DNA of 64,000 nt from Spizellomyces punctatus DAOM BR117. Its lineage: Eukaryota. Numbering within the stretch: the first letter of the stretch is position 1; each line of letters opens with the position of its first letter. Of the stretch, positions 40,787 through 53,935 are shown piece after piece. Under the pieces are notes generated by a model. It saw only the letters and a list, made by a program, of their open reading frames with translations, had not been told where the DNA came from and ran no database searches. Where the stretch lies: the NCBI GenBank assembly GCA_000182565.2, contig KQ257450.1. One strand, 5' to 3'. The translations under genes were made by a program, and so were the position numbers.

Positions 40787-43303
40787 TTAATTCTTCTCAC
40801 CCTCACCCTGCTCAGTTTTCTTTCCACCATACTTTTCTTCTATCTTCTGCTTTCTGGCAACATAGTCATCACTCAATCCTTTCATAATGTTCACGTACGC
40901 CTCCTCCTTCTTCTCCTGCTTTAGTTTCTTCTCCCATCCCAAGCCCCACACCTCGCTTCGCTTCGGGAACAAGATCATCATATCTTTCAGACTCCTCTCC
41001 AAGGCATCCCTGAACACAAAACTGTTCGTCTCCTTGCAGCTCTTCTTTGACGAAATGGAGAACTTAAGGTTATCCTTGTCGATGGCGTAGTTGACACCAT
41101 ACCCGTTTGACACAACGGGACCGAACCCGCCGTAAAACCACTTGCCAGGTGACATGTTGCTCGACGACAAGCGGAACGTCATAGATTTAATGTAAGCGGG
41201 ATCGGTGAAAAGAGTTGCTTTCTTGGCTTCTTCCTCGTTTTGAATCATGCATCGAAGACCCAACATGTGCCGGTCAATACCTTTACCAAACGTGGCATCT
41301 TTCATGTAATTCGACTGAGACTTGATAGCTTGGCGGAACAGAGCACGCTTATCATCGTACTAAAGCAGAGGGAGATCTTTAACGGCTGTACCTTCTGCTA
41401 CAATTTGGTTACACATACCAGGATGTTATCATTATCGAAAGACTGGGCAAATGCCCAGGTATCCTTGGTCAAGCTTCTGCCCGTTTCTGTTCTACCGTGG
41501 AGGAATAGACGTGTGGAAGCAGACTCATACACCGCCGTGGGACCACTCGGCTGCCCAGCAGGGCCTGGTACACGGCGCCATGCCAATTGCAACGCCAGTT
41601 GGACGTACGCATCAGGGCTGGCTTTGGCTATATACTGCTGTTAATACCAAAAGGCTAGGAAATATTGGGACACGATTCTTACCAACTTCCTTGATGTAGC
41701 GAGATCCATATATGTCAGTTTGTAGCAAACAGCTCTCGGTGTCATCGATAAGCTCCTGGGCAGTTTTCTGAGCATCATCCATGAGCTTCGTAACCTCGTC
41801 ATCTACAACCCATTGCAATTTCTTTGGGGTGGGCAAAGCCGACGATTCGACGTTTGCAGGATCTACCGCCGGTTCACTTTCAGACCGCACAACAGTTGAT
41901 CATTAGGCTCATCGGAAAGGGATCACAATGAATGCAAATAATGGCTCACTTGGACAAAATGAAATCAAAGATCTTTCCGGGAATAACTGCGTCGGCTGGC
42001 GTATGCTACACGATTGGTACATGTATGAGTCACACATCGCTGAACGCCGCTTGCCGATATACGTAGCTTCATACCTCTCCATTTACACCTGCCCGTCCAT
42101 TCGAAGAGACGATCAACTGCATAGCTTTGTCAAACCATCTGTTGCGGGCATTGAAGTTGTGGAAAATTTGATGATGGGACACGTCGATGTTCTTCGATAC
42201 CGCGTGGTCGTCCAAACATACGGCAAACAGAGCGTCGTTGATAATGTTAAAGTTTTCTACATTGCGTTTGCTCAGGCTGGACAACCTGGCATGCGCTTTG
42301 AACCAGGTGTCTCGATGTCCAGCAGTGAGAATGCCAATGCCGGATTCAGGTGCAGTGTGCAAACTGTCTTCTCCGACAGCATAGAGGAGCCTACCGAAAC
42401 ATAATCATTTGAATCAGAGGTCTGACCGTTTTTGGACTTGTAAGAACACTAACCTTTCAAGCTCCTTGATAGGCACACGGGAGCCGTCTTCCCGAAGAAC
42501 ATCCACTTTGTAGATCTGATCTTTAGTAAGAACAATCACGTGCCGTGCCTTGGCTGGCCACACAGTCGAGATGGTATCCGGCTCCCCAGGTAATCGACTG
42601 GCGCCAAATTGACATTTGTACTGATTCATGCAAAGCGGGGTATCCTTCATATACTCAGCAGGCAAACGTTCAGTATCAACAAGATCCTTGAAGTTAAGCA
42701 TGTTGTTGATGAGACCGGCTGCACGCTGAATCTGAAAGGTGGTGAGAACACCTTTCGGTGGTGGCTTGCGCAGTAGATCTTTGGGATGGTTTGGATGATC
42801 GACAAATTGGCACCACCAATTGACATTGATCAAACTGGGATCGCGCCATTCGAGATACGCCTTATTCAGCCAGATCTCTTCCAGCCACGAATTCTATTAC
42901 AGGACAGTCGGCACTGCGTTGAGAAATGCATGGTTTTCGCACAGGGACGATGACAAGCCCTACCTTTTGGGTTTTATCATAGTCCTGAAGTCTTCGTTGC
43001 AATTCCCTGCCAAACCCTTCCGGTTTGAGGAACTGCTGCACCGCTGCTTCAGTAGTCGCATACTCCTCAGGAGTAAGCAGCGACAGGCAGCTCGCAAGAT
43101 ATTTTTCTGCCAAATTTTCAAGCGTTGGAACAGGCAAACGAGGAAGCCGGGACTGATTATCAAAAGTCTTGACTGCAGGAGTTGAGAACAACCGGCTACA
43201 TTGACACTCTCAGTAAGTAGAGCGCGCGAGATTGAGAAAATAAAAAGCAAACATACCAAGGTTGCCTCAGAGTGAAAGACCGCTGCAAGCGGAATAGTGG
43301 CAT
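40787..43303 (-). CDS. Carnitine O-acyltransferase (choline/carnitine acyltransferase family), mitochondrial presequence
   Basis: RLPRLPVPTLE, YLEWRDPSLINVNW, NRWFDKAMQLIV..NGRAGVNGE|H, VYESASTRLFLHGRTETGR, GKGIDRHMLGL, GFGPVVSNGYGVNY. Confidence 0.92.
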
Positions 43304-43402
43304 GATGGATCAGTAAGACAAATGGCAGCAGCAATGGCAACCCGAAAGTGCCCTCGTAGGACCGTAGGACTTGCTCATCAGTTGCTGTCACGTGCCATCT
43401 CA

Positions 43403-44345
43403 ATGGGCCATGAATTCTCACATGCAGCATCCCGACGTCTCGCCGACTATCCCATGGATACTTGGACCGCTAGGGAGTTTGCCTCGCGCATTGAAAGTCT
43501 TGGACCTGACTTCAAGCCAGCCGCTGCCTCTTTCCAAGGTATAACCCGGTTGGTGGATGGATCTGGTATTGGCAAGCGAGAACTGACGAAGAATATACAC
43601 CCATATTTGGTCCACAGCCCTCAATGTAACAGGGCGTACAATTGTTCTCCTGCAAGGTCCCGCACTGGATGCATATCTGAAGGAGGAGATTGGGATCGCG
43701 TCATTTGGCTTGCGGAGGAGGATGGTACAAACGATTGAAGCATGGATCAGTCAATATTCCAAAGTTTCACAAGGAAACGCGAGCCAAGTGCAGAGTTCTG
43801 AGATCACTATGGGCGTACAGCATAAACACCGGCTCGAGGTGGTTGATAGCTCCGCGAATGATGCACCGAACGATGCACCGGCTCACGAAACTAAGCGACG
43901 CAGGATAGCACCACAGTTGATTGGTCCCGCAAGGTCATCAATAAGTAAGCCTGCGCAGGCATCGCAGCTAGCCGACTTTAGTGATAGAAAGGAGAATGCT
44001 TTACGCAAAGGTGTGCTAAGCCCCGTTGGATATCGGCATGAGGATGATCATTCCGACGGAATCATTGTAGAAGGCGCGGATGGATTAGAAGTGCACGAGG
44101 AGGAGCTAGAGGAAGAAGAGGAGGAAGATGTGGTTCAGGAAGACGAAAATGAGGGAATGTCACCCAAGCAACGAGAATCGCAGATACGGGACGTGGCCGT
44201 AGGCAAATACGGCCAGGTTCAAGATCACAATGTTACCGAAGAGAATGCGGATTATCGGAGTGAAGAAGATGAACAGGAGGCCGATGATGTAATAGTTCTT
44301 GACAGCGATGATGACTTATATGATGAAAAACGAGCCACCATATAA
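43403..44345 (+). CDS. SAM-domain protein with an acidic disordered C-terminus
   Basis: DTWTAREFASRIESLG...ASFQ | ...GRTIVLL...YLKEEIGIASFGLRRRMVQTI (SAM signature W...F...G..LL...GI...G.R). Then KRRRIAPQLI and a D/E-rich tail. Confidence 0.7.
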
Positions 44346-44415
44346 TGTTGATTTATCAGTGCCGCAAGGCTGGAGGGAGAAGCATGCGATCCAGTGTGTA
44401 CGGTCAAATTGAACC

Positions 44416-45481
44416 CTATGCCAAGAACAGTTTCCCCTCCGCTACAACTACCGCATCTCCTACCAACTTAACCCGCCCCTTTTCTTGCACCCATGTAACT
44501 TCGAGAATACCTCCTCTTGCACTAGCCTGATAAGCAGCTAAAGGCTGGTTCGCTTTCCCAAGCTTCTTAGACCAATGGACCGCTAAGGTGCAATGAGCTG
44601 ATCCAGTCACTGGATCTTCTGGAATACCAGTATCTGCAGAAAAGACTCGGGAAATGAAGTGGAAGTCCTTGTAAGATACTGGTGCTGCACGAGTAACTAT
44701 CAGACCCCGGGTTTTGAGGGTGGCCTGTGTTCATTGGTTCGTCAGCTGGTACATCAATCAAGCATCACACAGTACTCTGTTACGTACCAACGCTAGGAAA
44801 TCCACTTTGACTTCCTCGATATTGACTGCTTCGCTCACTTCCACGAGCACATCCAGCCTGCTCCTACCTACAAAGATGAGATCGGAACGGTCCAGTCCAA
44901 AAACAGTCCTGACAATTTCCCAGTCCGCTTCGGAACTTTCGACTGGCGGCTCTGCTGGAAAATCCAGCTCTATCTTCCCATTATTAGCGCTCGGGCCGGC
45001 GGTCACAATGCCACTTTTTGTGTGGAACGAAATTGGGACAGATCTCGGAACTAGGATTTTTGTATAAAGGAAGTGAGCCGAGGCGAGTGTCGCATGACCA
45101 CAAAGGGCAATCTCCACGGTAGGTGTGAACCAGCGAATGTGGAATGAAGGAGAATCCGGACTGGAGGTTGCGTGTTTTATCAGGAAAGCGGTTTCGGAAA
45201 GATTGAACTCCCTGGCAAGGATATCATGAGATATACAAATGAGTTGTTAACAATTTTGCATATTCATGAATGTAGAACCCATGGTCTTTACCTGCCAATT
45301 TTCTGCAGGAAGCTATCATCCGGGTAAGTTGCCTCTTCCAAAAGAATGATGGCAGCAGGGTTTCCGCGGAAACGCTCTGGGGTAAATGCATCTATGACCG
45401 TCTAAATTATTGGTTAATGAGACTCACATTTAAATCCTTAATTGTAAAAGGACATACGTAGTCCAATGTTGACGCGACCAT
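44416..45481 (-). CDS. PhzF/PBLD-family (diaminopimelate epimerase-like) isomerase
   Basis: VIDAFTPERFRGNPAA, NLSETAF, IRWFTPTVEIALCGHATLAS, FISRVFSADTGIPEDPVTGSAHC, YQASARGG. Confidence 0.93.
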
Positions 45482-46106
45482 GACTGACTTCTCCTTAGAT
45501 ATAAGGGTGAGCTTAACTATGAGGATAAAGCAATGATCGGCCATTAAATACTTTGGATTACTCAGCACTTGGGCGTGACGTGGACTGATCGACGCGCACT
45601 GATTGGACGAGCGACCAACCGTGGATTGGATGCATCTTGTGGTTTCGAACATGTTGGATGATATTGGATGTGATTCCACGGTATGATTCCTTCGATATTA
45701 GGTCAATGTCGTCTGGCCGACAACGTATCATGCCATGCGAGTAACTGAAATTTGAGAACACACCTCTTCCAGGTGATGATATGAGTAGACAAGATGGTTA
45801 GCAGCATCTTTTCCATTTGCGTCTTCACGAAAGCAGTATTCAATTTCCCTATCTGCGACATACTGGATAACCTGCGATCCTTACAGTCTGTGCATCCTGA
45901 AAAACTGGAAGCTTGGCACGCTGTAAACATTGTTATGAGCAAGTCAAACAAGCTTGGCCATGTGGTCATTGTGCTTGTGCAGTGTGGCATATTATAAAAT
46001 TATGCTTCTTTGCGAGCATGCAAGAAAATCCACATGAATTCCATCCCACCCCATTATTGATCTATATACACAATGTTTTTTGCGCATTCGTTTTTTCTTT
46101 CTCATC

Positions 46107-48372
46107 TCAAGGCTGATTGATGTCTAGAAAATGTGATTCGGTGTATTGTTCACCTTTGCCTACGGCTATTGAAACAGTCAATGAAACCAAGATATCAATG
46201 GGACGAGAGAATTGGGACCGCGATAACATACTTTCTTTGTCGACAACATATTTTGGCCCCACTTCACAATCTTTTAGCTGGGCTTTCTCAAGGACTTTAG
46301 CATGTTGGCTAATAATGCACCCATCCAGTTTTACTCTGCACGGAAGAATGTCATAAATTATGCGGGTTTGCTTCCCAGAATAAACGAGAGACTTACTGGT
46401 CTTCGATCACAACGTAATCCATTATCACTGAGTTAACGATCTTGACGTTCTTTCCAATTGTACAGTGCTTGCCAATGATAGTTTTCTTAACGCTGCACCG
46501 TTCGCCGATCTGTGAATACTCTCCAATCATAGAGTCGGGCCCAAACTGCGTCAAGCAGATGAGTGAGCACTTGATAATACAATCATTACTCCCAAACGCT
46601 TATCGTAGGCTACCTGGGTTTGCTTTGCCCTCATTTCGCTTCCGCCTGGATTTTTCTCGGGAACATTCTTCGCCAACTATAACAAGTGTTCAGATTCCAC
46701 CAGAGGTAATTACTAAAGTCTGTTACTTTGCCACCAACCTGACGATTTATCTCTCCAAAAGCCCACACTGTGTTGGCTCGCGCGCAAAATGAATCTCGGC
46801 AAATAACGGCAGCGCAGACAACCTGTTGTCCGTTCGATGTCGTCGCTTTCCTTAATGGTTCAGCAGCCGCGTTTGGAGGGGAATGTGAATCGTCAGTTTG
46901 GCTTTCCGCTCTTTGAAGTACTGTGAACGCAAACGCTGTATGTCACAAATTGAGATACAGGAAAGAGTGTACTGCGTCTGTTACTGACACTGTTCGATGC
47001 CTGCACTGTTGGTTGTCGAAAGAAGTTGGGCTTCTTGAAGAGGATCTGGATTTGCCGCGAGTACTATGAATAACAATTATCAACTTCGATGTGATTGGCG
47101 TTATCCACAACTTCTTACTAGGTTCGGAGACTTACGCTCATCGATATGCTCTGCCTTCATTGCTTTTTTGCTGTACTGACATTGTACGAGGTATCGTAGC
47201 AGATCTTTTCGGACACTTGAAATAGCTTTGTTGCCCGCAATCACGTCCAGAACCCATCGTTTGAATATATATACGTGAGCGTCACGAAGGTTGGTGTGAA
47301 CTCGCACCCGCGGAAATCTGGCAAAGTATTTGATTGAGAACTAGGCTGTCATCTTTCAAGCTTAGTATGATACATACTTTCGTAGCATGGCAGCACGCAT
47401 CCGTAACGATTCTCCAACATCCTCTTGAGCTTTTGCGTATACAAGGCGTCCCTTCGCACCCTCAATACCGATGTACTGAGCGTATTCTAGTGTGGGAGTT
47501 AGAAGAAACTATCAAGAGACGACGTGCTGGGCAACTAATTACCATCCTTCTTGCAGGGTCGCTCAGCAGCACTCTCCAACTTTTGAAAATCATATAACAG
47601 AGTCGTGACGGTTGGCCCATGAATTCGATGCAGATCAATGAGATGATGTGGGGGGAGATCGGTGATAACATCGCATGTCATGACGATGAAGTCAAGCTAG
47701 GAAGACAAGCCATTTCGTTAATCCAGTGCGGATTCTCACCAACGATCTGCTTGATCATTTACTTTGATGTGATCCTTTACCGATCGCAATGCATCAGCTG
47801 TTCCTTCGCCGTGCGGAACTTGCAATACTTGCACTTTGATTTGCAGATCGCTGAATTCTTCGTACTTATCCACTTGCATCGCAATCTCCTGTCTCGAGTT
47901 GGGCGGACACAGGACAAGAATATCTACGCATTCCACAAACATTCAATTAGCTAGTTGACAATGAGCGTTACAACGGTCTACGCACCCTGAACCCTTGCCG
48001 CTTCCAACCATTGAAGTTGATAGTGTATCATAGGCTTCCCAGCTACAGGTAGGGCGGCCTTGGGGAGTTTTGACGTCCGTTTCGCATCAGTATCGTCCGT
48101 TAACGTGTCCAACCTTCAATGAGGAATGTGTAGGTATCACCGACCTGTACGGATAGCAAATGCGGTACCTACCCTCCCCAGTCCCGCGGCCTGCCAGCAA
48201 GAATAACAGCCTATAGAGTCAGATTGGTTGCAGAGCATGTGAACGGGTTGGTTGTGTTTTGGCAGCTATGTTGGTGCAAACGGTTGCCAAAGGAGGTCTC
48301 CAGTAGCGTTACCTGAAATTCTTTGACAGGATGTACGGCAGACTTTATCGTTGTATCCTTGTAGAGAAACAT
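46107..48372 (-). CDS. GCD1: Translation initiation factor eIF2B gamma subunit
   Basis: EFQ|AVILAG, LPKAALPVAGKPMIHYQLQWLE, GTADALRSVKDHIK, HTNLRDAHVYIFKRW, and C-terminal left-handed beta-helix hexapeptide repeats. Confidence 0.88.
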
Positions 48373-48442
48373 TGTTCTGCTTGGTCTTAAGTTACGATCT
48401 ATGGCCTGGAAGATATTGGTTGCTGGTGAAGGAACGACTGAA

Positions 48443-48451
48443 ATGACTCAT
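48443..48451. promoter_or_regulatory. Perfect Gcn4/CPC-1-type site ATGACTCAT
   Basis: Exact 9-mer about 70 bp upstream of the eIF2B-gamma ATG (48372, minus strand). Confidence 0.45.
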
Positions 48452-48571
48452 TTGCTAAGCCCACTCCGTTAACTAAGAGACGTTGGTAGTTCACAGTTCC
48501 TCACGATAACTTTTGTCTAATACAAGAAGAACTAACTAAAATACGGGCAAGGATCAAAGGAATACTAATGA

Positions 48572-50334
48572 TCAAAGCGAATTGCGTTTCTTAAAGCCCC
48601 CAGCGGCTATCAACCTCCTCAATCGTGTCGCCGCAATCACATAAAAGCTAACAGCAATTATAATAGCACTTGTGGTAACCGCCCAGAACACGCCCTGAGT
48701 TTGTTCCAAATTGGTCGTTAGGTTCATTCCAAAAATACTAGCCACCAGCGCCCCTGTGGATATGGCCACAGTAGCGAGTGTGGCTTTCAATTCATAGTTG
48801 ATAAGTTGGTTCCGTCGTGAGTCCAGAACGATGTTGGTAATGGCTTGCGTTGCTGAAATATTGGTTGAGAGTTGATGTGTAGCATTGGAAATCTCTGTTG
48901 CGAAATTTAATAGTCGAGTTTGAACATGACACGAACCGTAAAGGGAGTGTCAGGCACTCACCATCGGTTAAATTGAGATAATGTTCGAAGAGTAGCTCCG
49001 CTTCTATATGATCCGAAACTTTCTTTGGTTGACCTGCAGCTTTGGCAGTCAAATACATGCCTGCAAGGTCTTCATCGCTAATACAATGCAAATTGAGCGT
49101 GTTAGTCATGATGCCTTCATCCATTGCCGCTACTATTCAGAAACAATCTTCAGATACTTGTTTAGAATGTCGATAAATACTCCACGAATCGCGTTCACTT
49201 TTATAGCAAACTGATCAACGCCTCGTCTGCTCAACAACAACGCTTTCAGCTCCTCTTCGTCGACGCGCTCATCGAGCCTCTCTAACGTTTGGGTGACACG
49301 AGAAAAAAGTTCCAGCTGCTCAGCTTGAAGGGCGGCTATGACGTTGAGGAGAATGGTTTCTAATGCACTAGTTCTTGCTCAGAGGTTGCTTAGGAACAAA
49401 AGTCCATCTTGTAAGATTGAACTTACCGAAATTCGTATGAGCCCTCCTGTATTTTCAAGTTTGTACATAGCTCTTGTAAGAAATCCGACGAATAGCTGTT
49501 AGATCCCAGGCTATCCGCCATGATTGTCATATCAGCTGAAGGACAAAATGCAAACGGATTAGAAAGGGAGGCATAATAGATGAAAATAATAGCCAGCTCA
49601 ACCTTTGATAAGCGCCTTAAAATGCAGCAAGTTTACCAGAATTGCTTTTTCCCGAACTAGGATCGTGGGAAGTTGTTCTGAGTACGTGTTATCCATCTAG
49701 TCTCAGGGTAACAACATGGAAGCTTGAGATGGGTGCTTCTCTCGTTGAACAAATTTGAAGAAGTGTTACCTTTCTCAAATCACGAGGTTGCAAGGAATGC
49801 CTTGAACATATCCCAATCTTTGAGAACTCTCCCTCTAGTGGTCTTTGCAGGTCGCCGTTTGCATCAAATATCTGCAGGTATTCTTGGACAATACAGAAGG
49901 ACGTCCAAAAATCGTATGCTAGGCGGCCTCGTACCTACCAGAGCTTTAAGTTTTAGAGTTTTCTTTGTCCCAGGAATATTTGTTGAGGGAATCGGTTGTG
50001 CTCCAACATCCACCCTGGAAAAAGAAACAGACTCCCCAAGGCTTCGCCGGTGCATGGAGTCTTTCGGAGGAAGAGCTGTTGAAGAGCGTTCAGGTGGCGT
50101 AGGACCGGAAGCCGCAGCGTTTCGGGGTTGGGAGGTCTCCTTTCCTGAAGTATCTAACTTCAAAGGGCGGGTCGAATTGAAACTTCGCCATGCAGTACAA
50201 TCATTCATATATGGCAACTGCGTTCTGGAGCAAATGACTTTCTCAGAGCGCACGACTGTAGTCCGTTGTATAAGGCAATTTCTGCTGGATCGAATACGAC
50301 CGATCAGCGCGGGGAGGAATCGGGGAACCGACAT
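48572..50334 (-). CDS. MRS2: Mitochondrial Mg2+ transporter, Mrs2/CorA family
   Basis: Presequence MSVPRFLPALIGRIRSSR, LQPRDLRK, ILVREKAILVNLLHFKALIK, YEFRALE, DEDLAGMYLT, AELLFEHY, LDSRRNQL, GMN motif (SIFGMNL) and two TM helices. Confidence 0.92.
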
Positions 50335-51043
50335 GTTGCTGTGCGGATGAGACCGGCACAAGCAGATATAAACAGGAGGAGAGGCTTGGTTTCCGGCCGC
50401 AAATGTCTGGAACTGTACTGCAAACGCTCATGTGGCAGACCATGGAGTGACGCGAACATTGCGAGCGCTCCATCTGATGATTTCGTAACCAATCCCGATC
50501 TGGTTGAGATCCTTCATCAAAACGTCCAAACAACTCTCCTCTATCTATGCACTTCTCGCTGCATTGCTTTGCATCAAATTCATACCATCATAATGTACCT
50601 CTAGAGAAATACCTTTACAGTAACGCTACCAGGATGTCTGTGGATATTATGATTTGTCCACCAATTTTTATGATAAAATAGTAATTTAAGCAGTGAGTAA
50701 GGGTAGGGAACATAGTGTGGAGGTGATTGAAAATGGCACTAAGACAGCAAGGGATGTACTTGATCGAGCTTTTACTACACCGTAATCTCTTGCTTTTGAA
50801 ATGTTACAATGTCAAGTTAAGGGACGCTTCAAGCAAACGAACGGTGAGCCCCCGATGCTTGCTCATTCCAACTAGGTCTGGCGGGATTACTGCAGTGAAA
50901 TGTAGCTTCGTGGTATTCCCAGACTCTGGATGTTGCGACTGATGGCATACGCCATGGCGCTCTGCTGCGCCACAATTGCTGACCACACAAGCAGTAGGTG
51001 GATGGTCTTCGCGGTTAACTTCCGATTCTCATAAATTCCAACC

Positions 51044-52086
51044 ATGGACCCGGCGGCGCGACTTGCCGTGAATTTGAACGTCCTTCGGCGGCACGACTCG
51101 AATATAGTGGCCATCCTCGACAGTTCTAGTCATGTTGTTGTGTACGATTTTGACCAGCAGAGCTCAAGTTGGGTGGGGAACGACTGGTGCTCTTAGATCT
51201 CACCGTCTCTGCGTTCTCTGATGGCGTCGCTGTACATAATCCACCTACAGACTAAGAAAGGAATTGAAGGCACAATGTTTGTCTTTCAACGATCGGTGGA
51301 GCCTTTTTACGGCCTTTTTGTGATGAACCGCTTGGGTATCGAGAACTTGATGGTTCTTCTCAGCGCAGATATGGAGGTTCAGCTTATGCAGGAATTCGTT
51401 ATATATCGAAAGCCTGACGGTGCGAAGCGTTTGATTAACTTTGAGAATACTATGTGCAAATATTGAGCATTTTCTCATTCTCGGGGTAGATAGTGGCGAT
51501 AGTGTTCAAGGTCTTTGGATGTACGAGACAGCAGACCGGACAAGGTTGTACACAACACTCCTGAAATACCAATCTGCGATCGCTGGGGCTCCACCAATTT
51601 CCAGTGCACAGCCGCAGCAGGCATATGGACAGCCAGTGGACATCATGGCAATGTTTCAGCGGGCGAAAATCGTTGGACCCGGAGATGCCACACCGCACGG
51701 ATCATTACCACATCAGTCGTTGTCGCAACGCGACCTTGCTATTCCGCAGGTATGAACGAGGAACACAATGGCCTCAAGTTGCTAATATAGGACCTACGTA
51801 CTTACTGTGAATATTGTCTCTTCCCAGGTTACGGCGCCCCCAATTACTCCTCAGCAGCGTCAGATTCAGCGCTTGAATGATATCTGGCAGTGGATCGAAG
51901 ACCTCCCGCCGTTGCCGGGCAAAGGAAGTCTTTCTGACTTGGAATTTCAACGAAGGATTGCGAGATTGTGTCAGGTATTTCAAGGGAAGTCTTTGCATTC
52001 TTTATCCTTTGCATTTACATGATCAACAGGACCAAGTATTTTTGGATGCAATGTATCGAAGTTATCGATGGGAGCGACCAACATGA
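51044..52086 (+). CDS. DCP1: mRNA decapping activator Dcp1
   Basis: NLNVLRRHDSNIVAILDSSSHVVVYDF...W|TKKGIEGTMFVF...FVMNRLG, GLWMY; EVH1-type N-terminus. Confidence 0.9.
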
Positions 52087-53112
52087 CCATTGAGGAGTCT
52101 TGTATTTCCATAGGCGTAGAACCTATTTAATATAGGCTTCATCGACGACTGAAGATTTGAGCCAATGACTTGTTTTATCCCATTGATGTACACTGCCTGA
52201 AAGGACACGTTGCTTTGAGTCAGTTCCCGTCCCCAACAACCGAGCGTTGCGGATTTCATTCGTGGAGTTTCAACGCGCCTCTCTCCAGCTCTTTGTTCTG
52301 TTGCATCATCAAGAGTTGTGATCTACTTACCAGCATGGCAAACTGAAGGAAAGGGCCCCCTGTTCTTGCTACTGATGTTGCAGGGCATAGTCTCTTTGTT
52401 TTTTCCCGCAAAACACATACCTGTACAGTATTGCTGGGCTTGTTCAATCGTCACGACCTGACTGTGGATCTTTCGACAACCTTTGTCATACCATCACCCG
52501 CTGTCCTTGCTCCAGTGGTTCGATAACTTATTCCAATGTACATGTGATCGATTCCCGCTCTTCATAGACGGAGTACTTTCGTCGTGCGGTTCATTCCCGT
52601 TGGTTTAGGTTGCGTTCTGATTTCCACTCGTGTCATACTGTCGACTGTACCGGGAACGCGCTATGGCATTGCCTTCCCAATTGAAGTCTTGGTGAGCTCG
52701 CGGACCTGAGTCCTAAGCAGTACCTTTGAAATCGAGCTCCAATAGCGAATAAAGCACTGTTGATTGACTCTACTTCACAAAAGACTTCATAAGATGCCCA
52801 TATAGCATGACTTGGGATGATATATACAGCATGCGATTTGCAGCTAAGTGGTTCTCTCTACTATGTGCACCAGCGTGATTTTGATGGGTTCAAAGTTTCT
52901 TCCAGAGGTCCTGCCTTCCATTTAAAATGGGAAAACTAGAGGGTGCTGGGTCCACCAATAATCAAATTCAGCTGAGGAAAGAGCGAGAGCAAAGAGTCTA
53001 GTTGTGAGTATGCCGATCCAAAAGGATAGATAACACAAGGCCCTCCCTCAGCTCTGAAAGCCTCATTGGGACCCACTCGAAGGGGCGTCACTTGCGCCTC
53101 CATCGCAAGCAA

Positions 53113-53887
53113 TCAGTCTTTGTCCTCCCGTTCCGGGACTCGAACACCGGTCAGTTGAGCCGCATGTCTGCGGCTTAACCACTCGGCTATTCTCCCCCTT
53201 GATTCTTTATGAAGTCGTGTTGCTTTTAAGGGGGATGTGCACTTTCGCGCACGCGTAGAACGTTGGATCGTGGTTGCTGCGCGCAAGCAACGCGCTGTCA
53301 CGTGACTGATTAGGTCAGAATTTGAAGATCTGAGACATTCAGAGTCCATCGAGAAGAACCTTTTGGTGGTGCTTTTGGCAGTGATAACGATGCGGTCCTG
53401 AGTCTGCATAGCTTCTTCGTTCGCATCAATGCACCAATGTGGCCGCATGTTTTTTTCATATACTTTCGTGACACAATCCCATAGGTGCTCAATACATCCT
53501 GTCGAGTGACACTATTTGGCGGGCCCTACATACAAGGGTCTAATTGATTCCCGACGTCCATTTGCTTGCGAAAGTGCAAAGGGTTCAAGTTTACAAGTTG
53601 AATACAGTAAACTTCATTTGTCAGCCGGCAGATGAAATTCCCTGTCCTTTTATGGGTTCTCTATTTGAAAATGACAAAAGTGCCTCGTATTTACGTTACT
53701 AAGCTCTACATTCTGGTTTCACGTGGCTTCATTATTTCTTAGTTTTACATGTATCAGCAAGTGACAACAAGCATCTGCTGCTAACAAGACGTTTGTTACC
53801 CTGTCCTCAATGCATACGGTTGGGATCTTCTTGAGTCTGTACTGAGCAGTCTGGCAACAGCGCTTCTTGCGTGCATCTTTTGAACAT
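53113..53887 (-). CDS. Possible multi-exon gene or gene relic with an IQ-like motif
   Basis: ATG at 53887 (MFKRCTQE...), GTATG donors, and ORF 53448-53113 containing RAATTIQRSTRARK. A clean complete model could not be built. Confidence 0.3.
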
Positions 53888-53935
53888 TTTGCCTCCGTCG
53901 TTGGCCATTGACCTGCCTGACATATCACGTGCAGT

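Noticed and set aside
43289-43303. Carnitine acyltransferase and CPA2 both begin MPLFR
   Set aside because: Different codons and typical presequence composition; most likely coincidence.
45540-46060. Exon-like minus-strand segments between eIF2B-gamma and PhzF
   Set aside because: No coherent model or recognisable product.
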